A stretch of DNA of 63,035 nucleotides, counting the filler, from Octopus bimaculoides (Eukaryota), in NCBI RefSeq assembly GCF_001194135.2. It is 5 parts of 4 records of this genome, joined end to end, with 100 filler letters (N's around TTAATTAATTAA, not from the genome) between each part and the next. Parts side by side here need not be neighbours in the genome. Positions count along the whole stretch, not along the records: positions 1 to 5,743 come from NC_068999.1; positions 5,844 to 16,952 come from NC_069002.1; 3 more parts are not named here. One strand, written 5' to 3'. A program made the translations under genes and the position numbers. Positions 1 through 10,647 of the stretch are shown piece after piece; within the stretch, counting starts at the first letter, position 1, and each line of letters starts with the position of its first letter. The notes under the pieces were generated by a model. That model was not told where the DNA came from and did not search any database. It saw nothing but the letters and a program-made list of their open reading frames with translations.

Positions 1-128
1 TATATATATATATAGTTATTTATTTATATATATATATTTCAAAATAGTTAAAGGGAAAAAAGAAATCATGCTACTTCGTTCACAGTTCAACACGCTTCTA
101 ACTTGCGTTTGGGCTGATAACGGCAAAG

Positions 129-167
<39 letters not shown>

Positions 168-772
168 TAAGATTTTTAAACTTTTAAATTTTCATATTCA
201 AAAGAGACAGAGACTTCAAATTCGATATATCGATTTGAGAGAGAGAGGGGGAGACATAGAGAGAGGGAGAAGACCAGTTAAAAAACTTTCCTCCATGCGT
301 GATGAAAGATCAATGTTTAAATAAAACATCGACTATTTTCCTTAATACGAAATTGTGTAAGGCGGGCGAGATGTATTAAATCTATTTTAAGGTTAGTATG
401 GTTAATACAGGACTAGTTTCACGTTTAATGTACAGACTAAATAAATCAATTTTAAAAAATTAATTTAAATTAAATTTTGTACATTCTACATTCTTCAGCA
501 AAATTTGGAGAATTTTGCAATAAACACAACTTTATATTAATTATGTTCCTCCCTACATTTCACCATTCTGTTTGATTGGAACTGCATTTGTAAGTTCCAA
601 GGGCAAATGGATGCTTAACTACAGCGGATCGTCAAGAAGTCTATATTACATTATTTTTCTGGGAACGAATGTTTTTAAATCTCTTTAGCATAATGCAATT
701 AAGTGAAATATACGAAGGAATAAATTTTTGTTCATCATAATTCTCTCTCTGACAAACACATACGCACACACA

Positions 773-809
<37 letters not shown>

Positions 810-1020
810 ATACACATACACACACACATACACATGTATATGCGCAAATATTGTTACTGTATGTGTATGTATGATTGTATATATGTGTGACTTTCGTATG
901 TATATGGCTGTGTGAGTGTTGTGTATGGGTAAATATTTGTATGAACATATAATTAAATATATTTCTGAGAGAGAGATAGAGAAAGAGAGAGTAGGAGAGA
1001 AAAAGAGGGGGGAGAGAATG

Positions 1021-1094
<74 letters not shown>
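1021..1094. repeat. (AGAT)n microsatellite
   Basis: Direct reading. Confidence 0.97.
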
Positions 1095-1095
<1 letters not shown>

Positions 1096-1979
1096 AATAT
1101 TCCAGCGATTCACATCGATAATTAACCTCAGTTTTGTAGAAATTTGACCTCTGAACTAGAATAATTATCCATTTCCAAAATTTAACATCTCAAACAATAT
1201 CAATCAAGACCTCTCTTTCGAACAAGTGTAAAGGTCATCCTCAATAATTTAACCAGCCACTAATAGTTTCAATTAAATTTATTGATTGCAACTCAATAGA
1301 ATTAAGGATTGCAAATACACATTTCGAATCATACACACACAATACGAATAACTTCCTGTTACAATTTCTATAAGTTTAAATTAGTTTTCAAAGATACTGT
1401 TCACCCAACACATACACAGCATTCCAAAGTCATCAGATTGTTTTATAAGGTGCAAACAATTCTTCCTACCCGACATTCATAAGCAGTGTAGCCCATAGCG
1501 AAACTCTGAATAGACTCCCAACTTTTGATATGATATACATATACTCACACACACGCACATACATATACTGTAGCTAGTTATGATATACAGAGGAACGTAG
1601 CAGAAATTAAGATAAACAGTGGATCTCTGTAACGGAATGTAAGAAAGTGCTCCCTTGATGTTCCATTGAAGTTAGACATTCAAATACACGTGGAACACCC
1701 ACTGTTGAGTTCCAAATATGTGCAATGATGAAACGCACGTCGGAACAAAATATTTCTACCACTATTTATCTACTTTTCTGCTAAGTATACTCTGTGCATC
1801 ATAAAGTGTAACATTACTACAGACAGTGGTCTATTAAATTGTTTAATGGAATGGGACGGAATAGTGATAAACCAAGTGGATTTTTGAGCTTTGACGCATT
1901 CAGAATTTAGTTGTATATATGATTGTACACACAAGATATACACATACACACGCACAAGCAAGCAAGCACGTACCGGCAT

Positions 1980-2010
<31 letters not shown>

Positions 2011-2034
2011 TACACACACACACACACACACGCG

Positions 2035-2079
<45 letters not shown>

Positions 2080-3238
2080 TCATATGTAGTCAACAGATGA
2101 GATGCACTTTTGAGCTTCTCTGCATTATGATGTGAAATGTAAGAGTTTTCCTTCCCTGATAACNNNNNNNNNNNNNNNNNNNNNNNNNNNNNNNNNNNNN
2201 NNNNNNNNNNNNNNNNNNNNNNNNNNNNNNNNNNNNNNNNNNNNNNNNNNNNNNNNNNNNNNNNNNNNNNNNNNNNNNNNNNNNNNNNNNNNNNNNNNNN
2301 NNNNNNNNNNNNNNNNNNNNNNNNNNNNNNNNNNNNNNNNNNNNNNNNNNNNNNNNNNNNNNNNNNNNNNNNNNNNNNNNNNNNNNNNNNNNNNNNNNNN
2401 NNNNNNNNNNNNNNNNNNNNNNNNNNNNNNNNNNNNNNNNNNNNNNNNNNNNNNNNNNNNNNNNNNNNNNNNNNNNNNNNNNNNNNNNNNNNNNNNNNNN
2501 NNNNNNNNNNNNNNNNNNNNNNNNNNNNNNNNNNNNNNNNNNNNNNNNNNNNNNNNNNNNNNNNNNNNNNNNNNNNNNNNNNNNNNNNNNNNNNNNNNNN
2601 NNNNNNNNNNNNNNNNNNNNNNNNNNNNNNNNNNNNNNNNNNNNNNNNNNNNNNNNNNNNNNNNNNNNNNNNNNNNNNNNNNNNNNNNNNNNNNNNNNNN
2701 NNNNNNNNNNNNNNNNNNNNNNNNNNNNNNNNNNNNNNNNNNNNNNNNNNNNNNNNNNNNNNNNNNNNNNNNNNNNNNNNNNNNNNNNNNNNNNNNNNNN
2801 NNNNNNNNNNNNNNNNNNNNNNNNNNNNNNNNNNNNNNNNNNNNNNNNNNNNNNNNNNNNNNNNNNNNNNNNNNNNNNNNNNNNNNNNNNNNNNNNNNNN
2901 NNNNNNNNNNNNNNNNNNNNNNNNNNNNNNNNNNNNNNNNNNNNNNNNNNNNNNNNNNNNNNNNNNNNNNNNNNNNNNNNNNNNNNNNNNNNNNNNNNNN
3001 NNNNNNNNNNNNNNNNNNNNNNNNNNNNNNNNNNNNNNNNNNNNNNNNTTTATTTATATTCTTGTAAAATTAATGTGGGATATAGAATATGGAATATATA
3101 ATATAATATATAATATAAAAATGGATGGTACAATGAAATGAAGTATTGAATGTCTTATTGAATATATGGAATATGTCTTATTGAATATATGAAATATTGA
3201 GTGTTCAATATAAAGGATTAAATATATAAATATATAAA

Positions 3239-3282
3239 GGCGAATACGTATTTTCTATACTTTGTGGTATTTCATCATGGCC
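3239..3282 (-). ncRNA. Degenerate minimal type I hammerhead ribozyme motif in the PLE 3' end / pseudo-LTR
   Basis: Minus strand reads GGC-CAUGAUGA-A-AUAC-cacaaa-GUAU-A-GAA-AAUACGUAUU-C-GCC. Stem I is GGC/GCC, stem II is AUAC/GUAU, stem III is a 10-nt palindrome, and the cleavage triplet is UUC. The core is damaged. It lies about 310 nt downstream of the GIY-YIG stop codon. Confidence 0.65.
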
Positions 3283-3361
3283 GGTATGACAGACTGTAAC
3301 AGACTGTAATGGACTGGCTGGTTTTCTGTCTTTTATACCAATTCCTTTGGACAGCAGCAGT

Positions 3362-3579
3362 ATGTGTTTGGCTATTTTTAGAATTGATGCCAAGTTTATT
3401 TTTAGAAATGATGACAGTTGAGTGATTTTTTTTTGTTTTGGTTATATGGATAAGATTTTTAGACCCCAGTAGGTGTTTGGCTATTTTTAGAAATGATGCC
3501 AAATTTATTTTTAGAAATGATGACATTTGAGAGTTTTTTTGTGTTTGAGTTATAGGGATAAGATTTTTAAACCCCAAGT
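3362..3579. repeat. Two diverged copies of a ~110-bp tandem repeat in the PLE 3' UTR
   Basis: The unit gtgtttggctatttttagaa(a/t)tgatgccaa...gataagattttta(g/a)acccca occurs twice and contains an internal ATTTTTAGAAATGATG sub-repeat. Confidence 0.85.
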
Positions 3580-3592
3580 AAGATAAATTTAA

Positions 3593-4260
3593 TCACTCTT
3601 TGTTAAGAGTGGGTTTGAATTTCTTAATAAAGTCCTTTTCTTTGCATTTTCTCTCAATTTCATTTCGGTTGTAAAGTTTATGGAATGGAAATATAATAAA
3701 AGTTTGACGACCACATGTTACCAGATGGTTACTCAGTGGTATTTGGCGGACTTCAAGGTTTTTAATCTGTTGTCGATGCACCCGTGAGCGTTCCGATAGT
3801 GCATTACCTGTCTGGCCAACGTACAGTTCTTCACAATTAGGGCATTTGGTGCAGTAGATCAGATTTCTACTTTTGCAGTTCATGTTCGCATTGGTGAATA
3901 TTTTCCCTGTTTTTGTGTTCATATATGGGCCGGTATGAATTGATCGGCATGTACCGCATCGGCTATCATTGCATTTGGATACAGTGAATGTTTGATTTTT
4001 GTTACTGAGGTCAAACCTTGCCTTTGTTAATAGCTTTTTCAAGTTTTTAGGTTGTCTCTTACTGAGAGTTATATTTTGATCTGTAATGATATTTCTCAAT
4101 TCCTTACTTTGTGCAAGGATCGGTAAGTTCGCTTTGGTGATATTAAAGATGTTCTAGTGGCATGGATTTTGTGTCACTATAAATGGAATGATATTTTCTT
4201 GTCTGTCTCTTCTTTGCGGTGTCCTCAGTTGTTGTATGGGTATTTTCGAAGCCCGCTGAA
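3593..4260 (-). mobile_element. Penelope-like element (C-terminal EN type), 5'-truncated: thumb/EN linker plus GIY-YIG endonuclease domain
   Basis: ORF 3593..4099 encodes KCNDSRCGTC...NLIYCTKCPNCEELYVGQTG...ERSRVH...KEKDFIKKFKPTLN, i.e. the GIY-YIG motif with PLE-type Cys/His residues. The same frame upstream reads RASKIPIQQLR...IIPFIVTQNPCH*NIFNI (PLE linker, one stop codon). Confidence 0.9.
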
Positions 4261-4639
4261 TACCAAGAGACAAACAGGAATATATGTATATATGTACCCA
4301 CACAAGGCCAGCAGTTTTAACGAAATAAGTTTAGTTGAGTATACCCACCCCTGTTCTAGACTGGCAATTTGTTTCAACATTCCCGGAGGGATGATCGGTA
4401 CAGTTGACCTTGGCAGGATTAGAATTCCGAATGTAAAGAGCGAGAAAATAAAACTGCAAAGCTTTTCCTTGCACCAAAAATGAACTCTTCTTGTTTTACG
4501 ACAAAGACATGGACAACAAACATCATAACGGTGATCTAGATTCGTTTAACAGGTATGGCATTTATTTGTTGAAAAATTTTTAGGACATGTTGGAATATGT
4601 TGAAATTGTCAAATACCAGTTGAATATTCAAGATGTACA

Positions 4640-4900
4640 AATATTCGAGCTGTTTTGCTAGGCTCCGCTTCACTAATGACATATAAGAAACCGTTGTTGT
4701 CATGAATAACAGAAGGTCATCCGCAATATTCCACATCTTCAAAGCTGATGTAACAACTACAAAATTTCTTGAAACAAGTATTGAGCTGTGCGTTCGTTGA
4801 TGCCATCGTGCTCTGATATAAACAGTTTTCGCCGATTTTCGCTCCACCTTGAAACACGTACACTAAAGTCTTTAGAATTTGCTTACTTTTCACCTTTAAT
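4640..4900 (-). mobile_element. Mariner transposase N-terminal relic
   Basis: Frameshifted translation gives INERTAQYLFQ / FKKFCSCYISFEDVEYCG*PSVIHD / VEAEPSKTAR, matching the mariner HTH region (W.F.KF.SG..SLED..RSGRP). Confidence 0.6.
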
Positions 4901-5078
4901 TTGACAGCCACAAATACACTAGAATAAGCAGTGAAATCAAAGCAGTTATCGTTAATCAATAAGCCAAACTCTGCGTTTCAAAATGCTGCATTACATGAAC
5001 ATTGTTAAATAACAGTATATTTCAAAATATCAAAGTTTAAAATAATACAATCCGACATTAATTTTACACCAGACGAAT

Positions 5079-5110
<32 letters not shown>

Positions 5111-5504
5111 ACACACACGCACACACACACACGCACACACACATGCACACACACACATAAACGCATTCACAAGTAGATTTATATGCGTGTGTGTGCCTGT
5201 GTGTATGTCTGTGTGTGTTTGTGTTTGTATGTGTGGTGGGTGTTTGTGTGTGTATAAATATATATAAATCTTACTGTTTTCTTATTGTAAATGCTTCTAA
5301 TGTATAGTAATGTCTGGATCAAAGGAATTTTAATAATCCGTTCTTCGTTTCTGTGAGTATTCTCATTTCCAGGAGAACATAGTGTTGTTTTTATCAGTGT
5401 TCTTTTTATTGGTGTTTATTTATACTTGGTTGTCTACAACATGGTTTCACTTGTATTTTATACACACACACACACACACAAATATATATAAACAAAGACA
5501 GACA

Positions 5505-5538
5505 CAACAGACAGACAGACAGTCAGACAGACAGATGA

Positions 5539-5608
<70 letters not shown>

Positions 5609-5684
5609 GGATGGACGGACGGACGGACGGACGGACGGATGGATGGATGGATGGATGGATGGATGGATGGATGGATGGATGGAT
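5505..5684. repeat. Compound (AGAC)(AGAT)(GGAC)(GGAT) tetranucleotide microsatellite
   Basis: Direct reading; neighbouring blocks differ by single-base motif changes. Confidence 0.95.
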
Positions 5685-5787
5685 GAAGGAGAGGATAGCG
5701 AAGTGCGTATTTGTATTTTTCTGCATGTATGTAATATATATATNNNNNNNNNNNNNNNNNNNNNNNNNNNNNNNNNNNNNNNNNNNN

Positions 5788-5799
5788 TTAATTAATTAA
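5788..5799. other. Assembly gap marker TTAATTAATTAA inside N-runs (also 16997..17008, 47461..47472, 60652..60663)
   Basis: The identical 12-mer, with stops in all six frames, sits inside four different N-runs. Confidence 0.9.
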
Positions 5800-5876
5800 N
5801 NNNNNNNNNNNNNNNNNNNNNNNNNNNNNNNNNNNNNNNNNNNTTTATATTTCATTTTCTTCCTTTCTGTAGCATT

Positions 5877-6071
5877 CCCCACCACCAACAACATCGCTTG
5901 ACAAACAATGCCGGTGCGTTTTAGTCCCCGACACCTAGCGGTTCGGCCAAAAAAAAAAGACCGATAGAATAAGTACTAGGTTTGCAAAGAATAAGTCCCG
6001 GGGCAATTCGCTCGACTAAAGGTGGTGCTCCAGCATGGCCGCAGTCAAAATGAGCGAAACAAGTAAAAGAA
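5877..6071 (+). mobile_element. 3' half of the main tRNA/CORE-type SINE (family A)
   Basis: Contains gaccgatagaataagtactagg...ggtgctccagcatggccgcagtc...gaaacaagtaaaaga, shared with the full-length copies. Confidence 0.85.
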
Positions 6072-6079
6072 TATACATA

Positions 6080-6300
6080 TGCCCTAACTCTTCGAAACGC
6101 TTAGTTTAGAATAGGGGCAGCTGATGAAGGAAATATTCTCTATGTGGCCTGTTTGTTTTCTGTGCTCTGTTTATGTTGTTTTTCATTTTGTCCAGTTTTT
6201 TTTGTGACGTCCTGTACCCAGATATGCATCTATATACACATGTTGATGTAGGTACGTACATTCATGTACGTATATATGCATTTACTCACATATTATTTGT
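6080..6300 (+). repeat. Dispersed repeat family of unknown class, with other copies at 13569..13648 (+) and 14515..14660 (-)
   Basis: The segment gtgacgtcctgtacc..gatatgcatctatatacacatg..gatgtaggta recurs directly at ~13569 and as the reverse complement at 14515..14660. Confidence 0.7.
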
Positions 6301-6325
6301 ATTATTATTATTATTATTATTATAT

Positions 6326-6480
6326 GAGTGGCTGTGTAGTAAGTAGCTTGCTTACCAACCACATGGTCCCGGGTTCAGTCCCACTGCGTGGCACCTTGGG
6401 CAAGTGTCTTCCACTACAGCCTCGGGCCGGCCAAACCCTTGTGAGTGGATTTGGTAGACGGAAACTGAAAGAAGCCCGTC

Positions 6481-6571
<91 letters not shown>

Positions 6572-6798
6572 CATACATATATATATATGTGTGTGTGTGT
6601 TTGTCTCCCCACCATCGCTTGACAACCGATACTGGTGTGTTTGCGTCCCTGTAACTTAGCGGTTCGGCAAAAAGACACCGATAGAATAAGTACTAGGCTT
6701 ACGAAGAGTAAGTCCTGGGGTAGATTTGCTCGACTAAAGGCGGTGCTCCATTTTGGCCGCAGTCAAATGACTGAAACAAGTAAAAGAGAGTAAGAGTA
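6326..6798 (+). mobile_element. Full-length tRNA-derived SINE, family A (CORE-like central domain, internal microsatellite)
   Basis: A-box-like TGGCTGTGTAG and B-box GGTTCAGTCCC. The segment gtggcaccttgggcaagtgtctt resembles the CORE (MIR-like) domain. Internal (TA)n(TG)n; tail gtaaaagag repeats. Confidence 0.9.
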
Positions 6799-7520
6799 TA
6801 TATAGTTGAACGCGAGAGAATGAAAACAGATTATTTTGTTTCGGTCAGAATTTACAAAGATATGAGGAATGAGAGGTGTGAACCGATTCAACCAACCAAT
6901 TGTGTACAAATTGTGGAACTTATATCACTGGAATTCCACCATTAATACCTCTACATGGTGTGTGTCTAGTCTCAACTGATATCTCTATAACTAAATGTTC
7001 CTTATCTACAAGCTTTATTACATTAAGAAGAAACGGAAAACTTCTAACGAGAAGACAACTTTCTTTCCCCTCTTACTTTCGACTTGCCGTTTCTGGTTCC
7101 CCCCACCCTCGTCTTTTCAGACTTCCGGCTCTTTCGTCTATCTTTCAGCATATTTTACTTATCAATAATGGATAGGTAGGAAACGAAACGCAAGTAGGAA
7201 GTATCTGAGCGGCGATAAATGACCTCGACAGTTTAGTAGTATGTCGGACTATAATGCTCTAAGTTCAGATCACGCAGTTGGCAACTTTGCGTTTGGATTT
7301 TGTTATGTTTTTTTTATTTTACTTCTTCGCAAGTCGAGGGTAAGTGGTTGGGTGGTCTACAAAGTGACAAGTCTAGTCATGTTTGACTTTTATTTTTTAT
7401 TTCTTTCAGGCATTAAACTACGGCCAGGCGGGGGTACCCCCCTTAAAGGGTTCTAGTCGAACGAATCGACTCCAGTATTAACTTTGCTTTTTTAGAGTTC
7501 TGTACTTATTTTATCGGTGT

Positions 7521-7906
7521 GGAGGCGCAATGGCCCAGTGGTTAGGGCAGCGGACTCGTGGTCGTAGGATCGCGATTTCGATTCCCAGACCGGGCGTTGT
7601 GAGTGTTTATTGAGCGAAAACACCTAAAGCTTCACGAGGCTCCGGTAAGGGATGGTGGCGAACCCTGCTGTACTCTTTCACCACAACCTTCTCTCACTCT
7701 TACTTCCTGTTTCTGTTGTGCCTGTAATTCAAAGGGTCAGCCTTGTCACACTGTGTCACGCTGAATATCCCCGAGAACTACGTTAAGGGTACACGTGTCT
7801 GTGGAATGCTCAGCCACTTGCACGTTAATTTCACGAGCAGGCTGTTCCGTTGATCGGATCAACTGGAACCCTCGTCGTCGTAAGCGGTGAGTGCCAACAA
7901 CAACAA
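7521..7906 (+). mobile_element. Full-length tRNA-derived SINE, family B
   Basis: Head ggaggcgcaatggcccagtggttagggcagcggactcg...tttcgattccc with A/B boxes and a (CAA)n tail. A reverse-complement copy lies at 55836..56215. Confidence 0.85.
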
Positions 7907-8123
7907 TCACTATGAGGATATTGGAACTCTTATTGGGATATTTTTTATCCAAGATACACTGGTTTAATATATTGTATTTTGAAGAGATATTTCTTCAATG
8001 AATATATTATATAAAATATCGTAAAATATCAAATATTATCGAGTTTGAAAACAGCGATCTAATGGATACAAATTTATTAATTAACATATTCACTTGCAAT
8101 TATTTCATTTATACATATATACT

Positions 8124-8252
8124 CTGGGCTTCTTTCAGTTTCCGTCTACCAAATCTACTCACAAGGCATTGGTCGGCCTGGAGGTATCGCAGAAGACACT
8201 TGCCCAAGGTGTCACGCAGAGAGAGGGTCTGAACTCGGATCCATGTGGCTAG
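8124..8252 (-). mobile_element. SINE family A, partial 5' part
   Basis: gggcttctttcagtttccgtctaccaaatctactcacaagg...cttgcccaagg is the reverse complement of the family A 5' half. Confidence 0.85.
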
Positions 8253-8268
8253 GCAAAAACAAAACAAA

Positions 8269-8590
8269 CTGTGTGGTAAGTAGCTTGCTTACCAACCACA
8301 TGGTCCCGGGTTCAGTCCCACTGCGTGGCATCTTGGGCAAGTGTCTTCTACTATAGCCTCGGGCCGACCAAAGCCTTGTGAGTGGATTTGGTAGACGGAA
8401 ACTGAAAGAAGCCTGTCGTATATATGTATATATATATATATGTATGTGTGTATGTGTTTGTATGTCTGTGTTTGTCCCCCAACATCGCTTGACAACCGAT
8501 GCTGGTGTGTTTATGTCCCCGTAACTTAGCGGTTCGGCAAAAGAAACCGATAGAATAAGTACTAGGCTTCCAAAGAATAAGTCCTGGGGT
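8269..8590 (+). mobile_element. SINE family A, running into a gap
   Basis: Near-identical to 6326..6720. Confidence 0.9.
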
Positions 8591-9794
8591 NNNNNNNNNN
8601 NNNNNNNNNNNNNNNNNNNNNNNNNNNNNNNNNNNNNNNNNNNNNNNNNNNNNNNNNNNNNNNNNNNNNNNNNNNNNNNNNNNNNNNNNNNNNNNNNNNN
8701 NNNNNNNNNNNNNNNNNNNNNNNNNNNNNNNNNNNNNNNNNNNNNNNNNNNNNNNNNNNNNNNNNNNNNNNNNNNNNNNNNNNNNNNNNNNNNNNNNNNN
8801 NNNNNNNNNNNNNNNNNNNNNNNNNNNNNNNNNNNNNNNNNNNNNNNNNNNNNNNNNNNNNNNNNNNNNNNNNNNNNNNNNNNNNNNNNNNNNNNNNNNN
8901 NNNNNNNNNNNNNNNNNNNNNNNNNNNNNNNNNNNNNNNNNNNNNNNNNNNNNNNNNNNNNNNNNNNNNNNNNNNNNNNNNNNNNNNNNNNNNNNNNNNN
9001 NNNNNNNNNNNNNNNNNNNNNNNNNNNNNNNNNNNNNNNNNNNNNNNNNNNNNNNNNNNNNNNNNNNNNNNNNNNNNNNNNNNNNNNNNNNNNNNNNNNN
9101 NNNNNNNNNNNNNNNNNNNNNNNNNNNNNNNNNNNNNNNNNNCCTTCTTCTCCTTAAACTTATAGACTCAATGACACAGTATAATTAAAATATAGCAGCT
9201 GGTCTTTACATTTTTTTTCTTTACTGGCCGAGGTTGCATATGTAAAAATAAACGAGAAAAGAACACGCTAGAATTTGGGGCAAATGCTACTCTTTGTGTG
9301 TGAAAGAGAGAGAGAGATACACTGTGAGATATAGAGAGAGAGTGAGTGTACTATCTCAGAATGTGTACCCGCGTTACAAGTTGTGTTTATGTAGTAACCA
9401 CCTCTTTTTTAGCTTCTATGACACACCCACAAAATCCCTCTCCTTGTTAACAACTATACAAGTGTGTTTAACAAAGAAAACTAACATACTTGCTTGTAAC
9501 ACAGTCAGTCAGTCCCCTGATGTATATACATATATACACACATATATACACACACATCATCACACACGTGCATACAAGCACAGAGGAAGTCAGTAGCAAA
9601 CAAGCAACAAATAGATTCTTCATTTGGTGTGTATGAGTGTGTCTGTCCATCCGTTCGCGTATCTTTACGTGTGTGAACGCGCGCGCGCGTGTGTGAATGT
9701 GTGTGTGTGTGAGAGAGAGAGAAGCGAGGTGAGATATAAATAGATAGGAGAAAAGCAACACTTAGAGAATGACAAAGAAAATTGGGATATATTT

Positions 9795-10102
9795 TATATA
9801 TTTACTCTTTTACTGCTTTCAGCTATTAGACTGCGGCCGTGCTGGAGCACTGCCTTGTTGAAATAAATGGGACAATTCGATACCAGTATTGTATTTTGGG
9901 GGATGTAATCAAACAAATACCGGTTTTCAAGGGTAGGGACACCAAGGACAAAGACATAGTTTTTCGACGGGCTTCTATGTAGTTTCCTTCCACGAAATTC
10001 ACTAGGCATTGGTTGGCCCAGGGCTATAGTTAAAAAACACTTGTCCAAGCTGCCGTGCAGTGCGACCGAACCCAAAACCATCTGGTTGCGAAGTGAATTC
10101 GT
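9795..10102 (-). mobile_element. Older diverged SINE family A copy
   Basis: tttcagc...gcggccgtgctggagcactgcc...cacttgtccaag...ccgaacccaaaaccat...cctttgcct are recognisable reverse-complement blocks. Confidence 0.7.
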
Positions 10103-10221
10103 TAACCATACGCCTTTGCCTACGTCTCTTTCTCTCTCTCTTTGTCTGTCTCCCTATCTCTTTCTATCTAATTTAGACACAAAGCGAATACTCAAGAGGG
10201 AGTTGATAGCATCGGCCCCAG

Positions 10222-10365
10222 TCCCTTGTTTGGTACTTTTTTCATCTACACCAAAAAGATGAAGGGCCAAAGTTGACCTTGACAGGATTAGAACTCAGAA
10301 CGTGAAGAGCCGGAAGAAATGCCGCTAAGCATTTTCGTCCGATGCACCAAACGACTCAGCCAGAA
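10222..10365 (-). mobile_element. SINE family C, partial
   Basis: gatgaagggccaaagttgaccttgacaggattagaactcagaacgt...ccgctaagcatt matches 47017..47118 and, weakly, 4345..4480. Confidence 0.7.
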
Positions 10366-10479
10366 GAATAATTTTAACTGGTACTTTACACATACAAACA
10401 CATGTATCTACACGATTAAACCTTACGTAATAGACCCGCATCAAGGATCAATATGCATTAAAAATACTTTGTTGAATAG

Positions 10480-10647
10480 CTAAAGTTAATTAATTAATTA
10501 ATTAATAATGGATGTCTCAGTAAACCACCAAAGTCTAAGAAAACCAACCACCATACATGGTTGGTTTTCTTAGACTTTGGTGGTTGGTTTTCTTAGACTT
10601 TAGTGGTTTACTGAGACATTCATTATTAATTAATTAATTAACCTTAG
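10480..10647. mobile_element. Palindromic MITE-like element with (TTAA)n subtermini
   Basis: The left arm ctaaagtt(aatt)n aataatggatgtctcagtaaaccac.aaagtctaagaaaaccaacca is mirrored by the right arm, which carries a ~23-bp tandem duplication. Confidence 0.75.

Noticed and set aside
130-2135. ORFs rich in YI, CV, HT, LSIY repeats, here and throughout the window
   Set aside because: They are translations of (TA)n, (CA)n, (AGAT)n and trinucleotide microsatellites, not genes.
2132-3067. Long ORFs of 200-340 aa (also ~11070, 13491, 22621, 36723, 54252, 61334)
   Set aside because: They consist almost entirely of N-gap codons.
5788-5799. Recurring TTAATTAATTAA islands
   Set aside because: The identical six-frame-stop 12-mer inside N-runs is a scaffolding marker, not biology.
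6289-6678. Recurrent peptide CHAVGLNPGPCGW in several ORFs, resembling a gene family
   Set aside because: It is the antisense translation of the SINE family A head.
7521-7594. tRNA-like sequences
   Set aside because: They are SINE heads that continue into family-specific bodies; no complete cloverleaf with a proper acceptor stem was seen.
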